The translations under genes and the position numbers were made by a program. A stretch of DNA of 64,000 bases from NCBI GenBank assembly GCA_963728405.1, contig CAVSJV010000004.1, positions 160,001 to 224,000 of the forward strand. Direction: 5' to 3'. This DNA is from Methanomassiliicoccaceae archaeon. Its GTDB lineage: Archaea; Thermoplasmatota; Thermoplasmata; Methanomassiliicoccales; Methanomassiliicoccaceae. Shown piece after piece: positions 51,683 to 61,964 of this stretch; position 1 is the stretch's first letter; each line of letters starts with the position of its first letter. The notes below the pieces were generated by a model. The model saw only the letters and a list, made by a program, of their open reading frames with translations. It ran no database searches and had not been told where the DNA came from.

Positions 51683-52021
51683 TCATTTCTTGCAGCCGAG
51701 CAGGGCTCTCATCTGCTCGGCATCCATCCGCGCGTCCTGATACTCCACCATGATCTTCTCGAGGTTCCTTTTTCCGATCCGATCGAAGAGCCAGGCGACC
51801 ACCTGGCACGCCCCCTCGTCCGAATCGATCTCTACCGTGAAATGCAGGATGATGGGGAAATGCCTGACACGGCGGGAAAAGGTCCGCTCGTACCTCAAGT
51901 GGGCCAGGTCGCTAAGCACAAGCTCATCTCCCTCAGATACTCCCTCCTTGTCCATGAGCACGCTTATCAGCTCGGGATCGAAGGTGTGGACCTCTAATCT
52001 CATCTTTTCCCTAGGTGCCAT
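51683..52021 (-). CDS. Hypothetical protein
   Basis: Clean ORF directly downstream of the MFS gene. Confidence 0.7.
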   Translation of the reverse strand: MAPREKMRLEVHTFDPELISVLMDKEGVSEGDELVLSDLAHLRYERTFSRRVRHFPIILHFTVEIDSDEGACQVVAWLFDRIGKRNLEKIMVEYQDARMDAEQMRALLGCKK

Positions 52022-52042
52022 TTCACAATGCCACTATAAATG

Positions 52043-53234
52043 TTAAGATTTCTCCTTCCGGGCCTCGGCGATAGGGTCCCGGGTCCTCAGGAGAGGTATG
52101 CTCAGGACCGCGACCGCGGTCCCGGCCACGATGAACGGCAGGACGCCGACAGTTCGCACCAGCCTGCCCAGCCAACGCGGCGAGGGCGACCGGGGCGATA
52201 ACGAACCCCATGTCCCCCATGGTGCGGAACAGCCCCATAGCCCCTCCCAGGTCCTTCGGCTCGGTGACGTCTGCGACCCACGCGGCGATGGGGCCGGACA
52301 GACCGATGGCAAAGCCCATGGCCATCAGGATGATCGTCAGGCCGACCACATCGGTGGTGAAAGGCAATAGGGCGGTCAGTAAGGATAGGAGGACCAGGCC
52401 GGCCATCAGGAAGGGTTTGCGGCCGTACTGGTCGGTCAGCCGTCCGGCGATCACCATGATGGCCAGGTTGCATACCGCGCTGACGGTGAGGATTATCCCC
52501 AGCAGCCCCTCACTGATCCTCAGGTTATACATCGCATACAGCGGGACCATGGTGTTCAGGATACCTTGCCGCACCACGAACACGGCGATGGTGGCGAGAT
52601 TGATGGAGACCAGGTCATACCGCTTGATGAGGCGACCGAGCTGGCGGAGCGTCACCTTCTCCGCCTCCTCCGGGGTCGGGCGAATATCGGCGATCCAAAG
52701 GAAGACCATCATGAACGAGATGGCCCCGCAGATGCCGTACACCAGGAACGGAGCGCTCAGGCCATAGTATAGCGATACCGTGCCACCGATGGCCGGTCCG
52801 AAGGCGGTGCCCAGCAGGAACATGCTCAAGTAGAAGGAAAGATGCGCGCCCCTGGAATCGCGGGGAGCGAGCTTGCTGATGACAGTGATCGATGTCGTGG
52901 TGTACAATGCCGAGCCGACGCCCTCCAAGATTCGGGCGATCAGCAGGGTCGAGTAGTCGGTGGCAAAACCGGCGGTGATGGAGGAGACGGCGATTATGCC
53001 CAGACCGATGAGCATGAACCGCTTCATGCCGAAGCGCGAGGAGAATATTCCAGCAGGAATATCCAGGAGCACCCGGGCCACGGCGAACGCTGATATCAAC
53101 AGGCCGACCAATGCGAGGGATACGCCGAAGCTCAGTGCGTAGGCAGGCAGCACCGGCGCGATGATGGATATCCCCATCATCACGAAGAACGCTACTACCG
53201 AGAGGACTAAGGTCGGCCGGAAATCCTGGCGCAT
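52043..53234 (-). CDS. MFS transporter (frameshift near 52160)
   Basis: About 12 TM segments, GRLTDQYGRK motif A, ARILEGVG, GPAIGG; last TM continues in ORF 52043-52312. Confidence 0.9.
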
Positions 53235-53254
53235 CGATTCATCTGATGGATATT

Positions 53255-53839
53255 CTAGAGGCTGTATCTTTCAGCCATCTCTTCGAGCGCGTCGTTGGGC
53301 GTCTTGCCTTTGAGATCGTCGCGGGTGGTGTTCCACCACTCTTCCTCGAACTTGCTGAGGGCGGCGATCAGCTTCTCTTCGGTGGGGAAATTCTCTCCTT
53401 CCTTCACCTTGAAGTCCTCGCGGAATGTCTTCAGGAGGTCCACGTTATATTCGTGATTGACCATGGTCACGGTCAGGTAATCGTCAAGGTTCCTGGCGTA
53501 GGCCAGGGCCATTTCCTCAGGAACGACGTCCATGGTCATGTCCAGCAGGGCATTGGCCAAGGTCAGGAAGAGCACTTCCTCCCTGGACTCCTTGGGCACC
53601 GACTTATCGTTGATGACCTCCATGAGGTTGGAGAACCATACATCTCGCAAGGCGTAGCTGCGGTTCTGGTTCTTACCGAAGATCACTTCTTCAGCTATGG
53701 TGTCCAGATCCACCGCCAGTTCCTCGGGTGAGGGGATGTCCTCAACTACCGGCTTGGCCGGCTTGGGCTTCTTTGGGGCCTTCCCCACCTTTGGTGACGC
53801 TTTCTTGGCTGGCTTGACCAACTTCTTGTCGCTATTCAT
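53255..53839 (-). CDS. Hypothetical protein with Lys/Pro/Ala-rich N-tail and DUF2384/MbcA-like C-terminal motif
   Basis: KPAKKASPKVGKAPKKPKPAKP; WWNTTRDDLKGKTPNDAL; GAGGT RBS. Confidence 0.7.
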   Translation of the reverse strand: MNSDKKLVKPAKKASPKVGKAPKKPKPAKPVVEDIPSPEELAVDLDTIAEEVIFGKNQNRSYALRDVWFSNLMEVINDKSVPKESREEVLFLTLANALLDMTMDVVPEEMALAYARNLDDYLTVTMVNHEYNVDLLKTFREDFKVKEGENFPTEEKLIAALSKFEEEWWNTTRDDLKGKTPNDALEEMAERYSL

Positions 53840-53994
53840 GATCGTGACCTCTCTGTGCCGGCTCTAGCTCCACAGTGCGCCCACCCGCCCTGGATCAGGG
53901 CCATCGACGGGCCGATGAAGAACTAGGGGGGCCTGCCCCAGTACTCGAATAAAGGTCGTGCCAGTATATAGTTCCTCTTTGGGGATGGAGTTCC

Positions 53995-55122
53995 CTAACG
54001 CACCTGCCCCATGACCTTCCGGACGATGGCCAGACCCTTGCGGATGTTGTCCTCCGAGGCAGCGTAGGAGAACCGCAGATGGCCCTCTCCCCGGTCCCCG
54101 AAGGCGGTCCCCGGCGCGCAGATGACCCCGTTGCTGACGATCTTCCGGGCCAGGTCCCGGGAGGAGATCTTTTGGTCGAAGGATGGGAAGGCATAGAACG
54201 CCCCCTCCGGGAGATGACAATGGAACCCATCGATGTTGTTGAGCTCCTCCACCATGGCCTGACGCCTCTGGTCAAAAATGGGTACGAGGCCCTTGGTGAA
54301 CCGGTCCTGGATGTCAAACACCTGGGCCAGCGCATACTGCGGCGGGGTCGGCGGGCAGGCCACCAGGTGATAGTGCATCTTGGCGATATCGTTGACGATA
54401 TCCAGCGGCGCGGTCAGGTAGCCGATGCGCCAGCCCGGGACGGCGAACGACTTGGAGAAGGAGTTGAGGACCACCGCGGTCTCGATGATCTCGTTGAACG
54501 AACGATGCTTCCCTTCATAGACGAAATCCTCATAGACCTCGTCGGAGACGACCCACAAGTGATGGTCCTGGGCGATGTCCACCAATGCGCGGAAGTTCTC
54601 CTCGGTCAATACCGAACCGGTGGGGTTGGAGGGCGAGTTCACCACCAGCCCCTTGGTCCGGGCCGTGATGCTCTCCTTCAGCGCCTCGATGTCCGGTTGG
54701 AAACCGCTCTCGTCCAGAAGGGGGTAGGGCACCGGATTGGCACCGACCAGCACGCTGTCCGGCTCGTACAGTACGAAACCGGGCTCGGGTATCAGGATCT
54801 CATCACCAGGATCGAACAGGGTCTGGAAAGTGGCCATGGTCCCCTCGGTCCCCGAGGCGGTGATGATCACGTTCTCCATAGTGATGTCCGGGCGGTACTT
54901 CTGCACCTTCCTGGCCACCGGGGCCCGCAGCTCGTCGATCCCCTTGGTGGGGCCATAGCGGTTGCGGTCGTGGTCCAGCGCCTCTTTGAAGGCTTCCCTG
55001 ACCTCCACCGGCGGCTCGAAGTCCAGCTCGCCCAAACCAAGGTTGATGGAATCCTTGGTGGCCATCTCGAATATCTCTCTGATCCCTGACGGCTTAATGT
55101 TCTGAACGCGCTTGGAGACCAT
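53995..55122 (-). CDS. Class I/II PLP aminotransferase (aspartate aminotransferase-like)
   Basis: NSPSNPTG, SDEVY, NSFSKSFAVPGWRIGY, GAFY.F, LRFSYA. Confidence 0.93.
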   Translation of the reverse strand: MVSKRVQNIKPSGIREIFEMATKDSINLGLGELDFEPPVEVREAFKEALDHDRNRYGPTKGIDELRAPVARKVQKYRPDITMENVIITASGTEGTMATFQTLFDPGDEILIPEPGFVLYEPDSVLVGANPVPYPLLDESGFQPDIEALKESITARTKGLVVNSPSNPTGSVLTEENFRALVDIAQDHHLWVVSDEVYEDFVYEGKHRSFNEIIETAVVLNSFSKSFAVPGWRIGYLTAPLDIVNDIAKMHYHLVACPPTPPQYALAQVFDIQDRFTKGLVPIFDQRRQAMVEELNNIDGFHCHLPEGAFYAFPSFDQKISSRDLARKIVSNGVICAPGTAFGDRGEGHLRFSYAASEDNIRKGLAIVRKVMGQVR

Positions 55123-55286
55123 AGGGCCCTGTGAACGATTATCACGGTATAATCTCTTTCGGTCACCTAGGGCGGCGGGCCAAATGCCCTGGACCATCCT
55201 TCATTCACCAGGGCACCATCGCCCTCATTCTGCTGCAGTGCCAGTCCATATCGCGAGAAAGGAGAATAAAGAATGGAGCGGACCGC

Positions 55287-55970
55287 TCACTTCAGATTAC
55301 CCATGAGCCAGGTTCTGACCTCATCATGGACCTCGGTTGCGACCTCATCCAGAGAATGAGAGGCATCATCATGGAGGATGAACTCCTTAGGATCCTTGGC
55401 GATGTAGAAGGCGTACGAGGAGCACCGAGGAGGCAGTTCCTTGTCCTTCCCCCCATGGATGAATAGGCTGGAAACGCCCTCCCTGAACTCGGTCAGGGCA
55501 TCGGCCCCATTGCTTTGGGTCGAGAGAGTGACCAGGGTCTTCACGATAGAAGACTTCGCTGCGGCCTGGATCGCTACCGCCCCGCCGAAGGAGTAGCCGA
55601 TCAAGGCGGTCTTCGTAACACCCTGCGACTTTAGGAACCTCAGTCCGGCCAGAACGTCCAAAGAGCCTTCGACCAGATCGTTGGGCTGCCGGTACCTGAT
55701 CCTTAGAGAAGCGATCCCTTTTGCTACCAGCTCCTCGGCCAGGACCGGATACAGGTCTTTGGCCGGTGAATCGAAATCCCCGCCCGTTCCGCCGACCATG
55801 ACCGCTGCCCTGTCTGCGCCTTCGACCGGGTAGTATCTGCAGAAGACCTCGCCCCGGGATGTGGTGAGCGTCACTTCCTGGAACCCGTTCTCAGCAGGAA
55901 CGATCCTCATATCTGTGATGCTCATGACCACGTCGCACCCCAGTATCTTGACCCGCAGCGGCCTTTCCAT
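55287..55970 (-). CDS. Alpha/beta hydrolase
   Basis: GYSFGG nucleophile elbow, IHGGKD, C-terminal His. Confidence 0.88.
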   Translation of the reverse strand: MERPLRVKILGCDVVMSITDMRIVPAENGFQEVTLTTSRGEVFCRYYPVEGADRAAVMVGGTGGDFDSPAKDLYPVLAEELVAKGIASLRIRYRQPNDLVEGSLDVLAGLRFLKSQGVTKTALIGYSFGGAVAIQAAAKSSIVKTLVTLSTQSNGADALTEFREGVSSLFIHGGKDKELPPRCSSYAFYIAKDPKEFILHDDASHSLDEVATEVHDEVRTWLMGNLK

Positions 55971-56076
55971 GCTAATTGCATACGGATAACTTATCTATAA
56001 TCTTATTTAGGAGGCTGATACACCGCCTTAAACTTCGACCTCGAATGATTATCTGCAACCTCATGGAGAGGCCAGT

Positions 56077-56860
56077 ATGAGGTATGCAAGAACAAGAATG
56101 GTGTTGATCGCCCCGCTGGTGGGCCCATTTATCATGGCCGGGACTGCCGTCACTTTGTTGGGCCGGGAGGCGGCGAAGGGGTGGACACAAGCGACCCGAG
56201 CAATGGGGCCGCCCCCTTGGATAAGGACCCCGTACCGGGCTGCAGAGACTTTGCCAGGATGAATACCTACGTCGCGTCGAACGGCCAATCGTTCCGTCGA
56301 GGTGGGAACCTAGGCGGCATTGGACATTAAGGCCACAGAAATCCCGGCATGGGGAGGGCCAATCGACCCTAACGAGTGGATAAGGCCCAACAAGACCGTC
56401 GTCCTGACGGCACCCAAATGCGATACGGTTTGCCCGAATGACGTCGAGGTCCCCTACTTGGCCGGGAAGGACTATCTGCTCGTCTCGGAACGGCATGCAG
56501 GATAGACATATTGGGGAGGGAGAGCAGCACAGCACCCCTAGAGCGACGGTCCCTCCGGCGTGGTTCTTGGGGTGCACGGGGACCACCGGCTTCCCGACCT
56601 TGGGCAGTCCTTGCTTGATCAAGCCCCATGAGCCCGGCACCTACTGCCTGGAGCTAAAGGCCCTGGACTGTCCGAGGCGAACAGAGCAGCGAGCCGGCCC
56701 ACTTGCCGATAGATATGTGGGCACCGTCCATGCCATGCGCCGAGTAAAGGCGTACTATCAACCGCCCATCTTGAGCTCGACCCGGAATGAACTATTCTTC
56801 GAAAGGGTCATGAGCTCGGGCTGGAAGGAGAAGTATCGGCCCATGCTCACCTTTCGGTAG
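56077..56860 (+). pseudogene. Probable decayed gene of unknown function
   Basis: Signal-peptide-like start followed by same-frame segments broken by TGA 56260 and TAG 56311/56503/56539, then a frame change. Confidence 0.3.
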
Positions 56861-57018
56861 CTGTGAACCGCGATTCATTGGTGTCTAGGCCCCTAGCAAC
56901 CGTGGGGGTAGCGATCGTAACGAATTTCATGAAGAACTTCACGAATCACCTCCCCCGGCCATTCTATCTCTGAATACTCAAGACCAAGGAACTAAATCAC
57001 AACGGTCAATGGGCAACC

Positions 57019-57462
57019 ATGCCACAAAAACCACGACCGATCGGAGTGACCTTGGTGAGCATGCTCTATCTGCTGATGTCGCTCATAGCGTTCGTGGGGG
57101 CAATGGGGTTCTTCTTATGGGCGGGGCTGAGCCACAGTGAGCTCGACGCTCAATTGCCCAACGCACCCATCTGGCTGGTGGAAGGCGGCTCCTTGGTCTT
57201 GACGAGCCTGGGACTGATCATCTTCCTGGTTGCAGTGGTCAACCTCACCATCGCCCTAGGATGTTTCAGAGGTTGGGGCTGGGTGTGGACCTGGGCATTG
57301 GTGTTCGCCGTTCTGAACATCTTCTTCGCCATGTTCAATGCATTCAGCCAGGGCTTCACCCTGAACGCCCTCTGGATCGGCCTCATTGGCTCATTGTTGC
57401 CGATCGTGGTCCTCTTCTACCTCAATACGAGGAAGGTGAAGGTGTTCTTCGGCAAGGCCTGA
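57019..57462 (+). CDS. Small membrane protein (4 TM)
   Basis: RPIGVT start, G.GWVW, IVVLFYLNTRKVKVFFG, a common archaeal membrane-protein pattern. Confidence 0.82.
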   Translation: MPQKPRPIGVTLVSMLYLLMSLIAFVGAMGFFLWAGLSHSELDAQLPNAPIWLVEGGSLVLTSLGLIIFLVAVVNLTIALGCFRGWGWVWTWALVFAVLNIFFAMFNAFSQGFTLNALWIGLIGSLLPIVVLFYLNTRKVKVFFGKA

Positions 57463-57482
57463 GAGCCAAGACATTTTCTTTT

Positions 57483-58766
57483 TTAATCTATAGAAGCGTT
57501 TTTGCTCAGCAAGGCCGCAGGCAGTAGAATTACGAACTTCGCACCCTTGGAATGATCTCCGTGAACACGGTCCTCGACCCATACCTGACCGTTGCATCGA
57601 TTGACCAGTTTGCTAACTAAAAAAAGGCCCAATCCCCTCCCGCTCGCGGTTGTCTTCCCCCTCATGAGCCTGGAGAAGATAGTTTTTTTGATCGTGTCCG
57701 GGATGCCAGGGCCATTATCCTCCACGACGAACTTCCAATAGTCCTGCCTATCACGAGTTACTTTTTCCATTTTGATTTCGATCACTACTGGACCCTTAGA
57801 ATGTTTGATCGCGTTCTCGATCAAGTTCCGAAAAACCTCGGTCAACAGGTCCGTGCTGAGGACCGCACTATTGGGAAAGGGGTCGAAGACTATTCTGACC
57901 CTCTCCCCCTCCTGGAGTGTTCGGACCGACTCGATCGCGCGTTCAATGCAGGCATTGACATCCACCACAAAACAACCCGCTTCATCTTGTTCCAGGGCTT
58001 GGAGTTTCCTGACCACCTCAATGAGATTAGTGATGGACCTCTGGGCTTCTAGAGCCCTAGTTAATTTTGCTTCATCATTTTTCTCAATGTGATTCCGCGT
58101 TAACACCAGATCGATGTTACCTTGAGCCACAGTGTTCAGGTTGGCCGTATCGTGTGTGATCAGGTCCATGTAAAGCTCTGCCTGAGCACGGGACTCCTGT
58201 TCAAGATCATACAACCTGGCGTTCGTCAAAGCAATGGTGCAGCGTTCTGCCGCGACCCCGATCAAGGCCATCTCCCGCCCTGTTTGAGGGTGGGGCGCTA
58301 TCCACCCGACAAACAACACACCAACGAGTTCCCCACCGTATCTCAGAGGAATTCCTACTATGGATGTCACATCTCTTCCCGCTATGAAAGGTATGAAGAT
58401 ATCGCTTTCATGAACATTTTCGATGTAAACCGGGGCAGTTATCTCGGCGATCGATCCTGCAGTGCGGGTGCTGAGTTCCCGAGTAATGTTCGATCCTGAC
58501 TGATCTATCCCGACGCTTGCCCTGATGAATGAAGTGGTGTGCTCCTTGAGCAGGATGACCACCACATCTCCTTTGAGTACGCCCAGCATGACTTTCAGCA
58601 GCGTGTCGAGAAGTTCGTCCATATCTAAGGTCGCAATCGCAGTGCTGGTGACCTGTTCGAGAGAAAGAAGATCATTGGTCGTATCGGACATTTCCTTCCT
58701 TGCTTCTTCCAGCTCTCTTTTCAGCACTTCAACATACGGCGATTGCACGGAGTATGGTTCTAACAA
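57483..58766 (-). CDS. GAF-domain sensor histidine kinase
   Basis: GAF IPLRYGGELVGVL; H-box DLITHDTANL; NLIENAIKH, DNGPGI, GRGLGLFLV. Confidence 0.9.
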   Translation of the reverse strand: MLEPYSVQSPYVEVLKRELEEARKEMSDTTNDLLSLEQVTSTAIATLDMDELLDTLLKVMLGVLKGDVVVILLKEHTTSFIRASVGIDQSGSNITRELSTRTAGSIAEITAPVYIENVHESDIFIPFIAGRDVTSIVGIPLRYGGELVGVLFVGWIAPHPQTGREMALIGVAAERCTIALTNARLYDLEQESRAQAELYMDLITHDTANLNTVAQGNIDLVLTRNHIEKNDEAKLTRALEAQRSITNLIEVVRKLQALEQDEAGCFVVDVNACIERAIESVRTLQEGERVRIVFDPFPNSAVLSTDLLTEVFRNLIENAIKHSKGPVVIEIKMEKVTRDRQDYWKFVVEDNGPGIPDTIKKTIFSRLMRGKTTASGRGLGLFLVSKLVNRCNGQVWVEDRVHGDHSKGAKFVILLPAALLSKNASID

Positions 58767-58769
58767 AAA

Positions 58770-59250
58770 TTATAATAAGTTATGGGCTGGCCTCACCTGC
58801 CAGATATGCAATAGAACGTACCATTTACCGAGCTTTCTTCCCCTATGACATTCCTTGCCCGCCGGGAAATATTTTACAATGGGGCCCCAGTAGTTTTCAT
58901 ACCCGCCCCGATCATAATCATCTGTCTGTTCCTCAGACACACGGGTGTGGGCCACGGTGAGCTCAGTGCATTCTGGTCCGCTCCTCAGACCGATCTCCAA
59001 CCGAGAAGGCGGATAGCCATCCGACCATTCCAAAGCATACCATTCCTGAGCTATCTTATCCTCCTCTGGCTCTAGGTTCTTAGCCGTGATGTATCCGCCC
59101 CCTGCAAAGAACCCCCCTCCACTTCTGAGCTTCTCTCGGCCTTATCTCGGGTGGAGGCAGCGTGTTCCTTCGGGCCCCCTGAACGTGTTGTAGATCTGCT
59201 CCGGGTTAGCGGAAATGATCACATTCTGTCCGATGATCCTGTCCTATTGG
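58770..59250 (-). pseudogene. Degenerate SRPBCC/AHSA1-like (START) gene
   Basis: Fragments IISANPEQIYNTF / KEHAAST / GGYITAKNLE..QEW..EWSDGYPPSRLEI..TELTVAH..ENYW across frames; no clean start. Confidence 0.6.
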
Positions 59251-59409
59251 CTATGCGCTCTGAACCGTTCTGCGCCAATATCCTTATTTGTAACACTTTT
59301 GCATCTGGCCATTTATACGGGCGCGATAATGGGAGACCGCAGCGACCCCATATTCAACAAATAATAATATTGAAGGAGGGCGGTCCGTTTTCTTATCTAA
59401 TAAATGCCA

Positions 59410-60087
59410 CTACCATAGGAAAGGAACGAGCCGGTAACGGACTTTCTGTGTATACGCCCGGTAACCTTCCAGGTCTCGATTGAGCATCTCTTCTTCCCCG
59501 AGTATCCTCGCCATGAGCAGAATGGTCAAGGCGACACCTACGAGCACCCCGTAGAGTGAGCCAAGGAGCAGGGGTGCCCCGACCATCATCAGGATCGCCC
59601 CTAGATACATTAGATGTCGGACAAATCCGTATACTCCCGTGGACACCACCTGCTGTTTCCGATCCTCTTGGATCCGAACGAGAGGGGACAGGAAGGTGTT
59701 ATCGGTGAAGGACCGAAAGAATAGGAAAAATGATCCGGCAAGCCCGGCTCCCCCGAGAACTTTCAGCCAGAGAGGGAAGACGGGGGACCAACCGAACCTT
59801 TTTGCATCTAATGGCATGATGGTGATCCAGAGAATGAACCCGACCACGAGCCCATAGACGACATATCTGTCCCAGCCTTCCTGGTTGCCAGCACCGGGTT
59901 TCTCGTACCGCTCTGCAAGTAGAGCCGGGTCCTTCCGGTACAGATACAGGATCGTCGAATAGCAGAGAAGAATGAACCAGATGCTGAATATCCAGCCTTC
60001 TGGCCAGGTGATATCTCCCGAAAGGCCGATGATCAGGGCGGGAAATAACAGAATGTACACTAATGCAAAGATTAGTCTCTTCTCCAT
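59410..60087 (-). CDS. Isoprenylcysteine carboxylmethyltransferase-family membrane protein
   Basis: DPALLAER, NTFLS..VRIQ, VVSTGVYGFVRH.MY, RI..EE, Y.QKVRYRLVP. Confidence 0.9.
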   Translation of the reverse strand: MEKRLIFALVYILLFPALIIGLSGDITWPEGWIFSIWFILLCYSTILYLYRKDPALLAERYEKPGAGNQEGWDRYVVYGLVVGFILWITIMPLDAKRFGWSPVFPLWLKVLGGAGLAGSFFLFFRSFTDNTFLSPLVRIQEDRKQQVVSTGVYGFVRHLMYLGAILMMVGAPLLLGSLYGVLVGVALTILLMARILGEEEMLNRDLEGYRAYTQKVRYRLVPFLW

Positions 60088-60383
60088 CCGCACTACATTA
60101 AGGTCAGGAATATGATAAATATGCCCTATCAACCATTCCTCCACCGGCTCAGATAGACCTCTGGACCTGGAGAACGGCAAGATGAACAGCGTGTTCTGTC
60201 CCCTTCAATACGACACTGGTCGACGAAGCGATAGATGAGGCCGTAAATAGGTTTTAGAAAATACAAAATTACTTCGCCTCCTGTTATCGACCGCGATTAC
60301 CACGACCTTAGGGCCCCCCTTATAAGCACTTCCGGGGTCGAGCAGGTAGCTAGGTTAAATATGGGTATATAAATAAGTCCTCA

Positions 60384-60944
60384 GTGGTGTTCCAATTTCA
60401 TCTTACAAAATTGAGAACGTCAGTGGCCTCCACCTCGTTGGGGAATGAGCTCGACCTACAAGCGATTGCACTGGCCTTGGCCGAGGCGGAATACGAACCG
60501 GAGAAATTTCCCGGCCTCATATATCGGGTCAAGGACCCTAAGGCCGCTCTCCTCCTTTTCAGGAGCGGAAAGATCGTTTGTACCGGAGCAAAGAATATTG
60601 GCCAGGTAAGAACGGCGATCGAGAAAGTAATAAAACTAGTTGAGAAGACCGGCATCTCTGTTATCAAGGAACCGGTGATTGTGGTCCAAAACATCGTGGC
60701 CTCGGCCGACCTCGGACAACAATTGAATCTCAACTCCATCGCCATTTCCTTAGGTTTGGAAAGGGTAGAGTACGAGCCGGAGCAGTTCCCCGGACTGGTC
60801 TACCGTTTGGACGAGCCCAAGGTAGTGCTATTGATATTCGGCTCAGGGAAAATCGTTTGCACTGGGGGGAAGAAGCCTCAGGACATCGAGGCTGCGGTCG
60901 AGAAGGTCACGGCAGAATTGCGCTCCTCGGGTCAGATGCGGTGA
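60384..60944 (+). CDS. tbp: TATA-box-binding protein (N-terminal indel near 60422)
   Basis: Two repeats YEPEKFPGLIYR..LLFRSGKIVCTG and QNIVAS..YEPEQFPGLVYR..IFGSGKIVCTG; the first KIENV lies in an offset frame. Confidence 0.95.
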   Translation: MVFQFHLTKLRTSVASTSLGNELDLQAIALALAEAEYEPEKFPGLIYRVKDPKAALLLFRSGKIVCTGAKNIGQVRTAIEKVIKLVEKTGISVIKEPVIVVQNIVASADLGQQLNLNSIAISLGLERVEYEPEQFPGLVYRLDEPKVVLLIFGSGKIVCTGGKKPQDIEAAVEKVTAELRSSGQMR

Positions 60945-61343
60945 GAATCCACTGACGAAACTCGGTGGCCGCCGTCGATCGAACGGCATTGCTCCAATTC
61001 ACTAGTCGATCTCATCGAGCTCGGAGGGGTCCCCCTGCTAAAACAACCAAAACAAGTGGTGTGGACAGTGGGGGTGAGGAGTCCGGTTTTTGGGATCACA
61101 TATCGCCCCAGCACCACCGATTTTCTAATCACTAAAGTGGAAATTTGAGACAAAGGTTGTGCCACACCTTCTCGTAGGGGATGAGGTCGGGCGTGGCCAG
61201 ACGGATGAGTTCTTCATATGCCCTATGAAGGGCGAAATTATCCGAACATTTACCCCAGCAAATCGATCGATTCATGGCCCCATACGACAATTCTAAGTAT
61301 CGGTAATTCTAAGATTTATTAGTATACCCGGGTCGGTGAATGA

Positions 61344-61805
61344 ATGCAAAAGGAGATCACCAAAGAGGAAAGGAACAAAGCAGTACTTAGCCGCGAGATG
61401 TCCGAGGCCTGGACAAGAGGGAACCTGGACATAATCGATGAGCTCGTGGCCAGCGATTATGTGATGCACGATCCCAGCCAGCCAGGGGAGATCAGGGGTA
61501 GGGAGGCGCTCAAGCAGTACATCGTCGCCTTCCGCACCGCCTTCCCTGACCTTCAAATGGCATTCGATGATATGGTCGTCGAGAACGACAGTGTGGCCAC
61601 AAGGGTAAGGCTAAAGGGTACTCACAACGGCCCCCTGGTTGGCATTCCGGCCACGGGCAGGGAAGTATCAGTGTGGGGCCTCTCCATTGATCGCTTGCAG
61701 GATGGCAAGATCGTCGAGACGCATGTCATCTTCGACTTGACAGGCCTGCTGCGGCAGATTGGCATAGTCCCTCCCCTGGATGAAGGAGGGTTGATCTACG
61801 ACTAA
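61344..61805 (+). CDS. SnoaL-like ester cyclase family protein
   Basis: RTAFPDL, GTHNGPLVGIPATGREV, DGKIVE, D..GLLRQIG. Confidence 0.9.
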   Translation: MQKEITKEERNKAVLSREMSEAWTRGNLDIIDELVASDYVMHDPSQPGEIRGREALKQYIVAFRTAFPDLQMAFDDMVVENDSVATRVRLKGTHNGPLVGIPATGREVSVWGLSIDRLQDGKIVETHVIFDLTGLLRQIGIVPPLDEGGLIYD

Positions 61806-61964
61806 TAGACAAAGAGAGCCTCAAGCCTCCCCTTACCAAATCGGCCGAGGTGGTTGGGGCAGCTCACTCTAGCGCCCATCTGGGAGTTGAGGCCGAACGC
61901 GACCATGGTGGTGTGGGAAGTGAGGCGTCCGATTTTGGGAGATATAAATTTTCCAAAAAATGGG

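Noticed and set aside
56260-56541. Three in-frame TAGs as a multi-pyrrolysine protein
   Set aside because: The same frame also has a TGA and a later frame change, and there is no recognisable homology; decay is more parsimonious.
61056-61120. Stem-loop GTGGTG...CACCAC downstream of tbp
   Set aside because: No clear promoter or family signature; insufficient support for an ncRNA.
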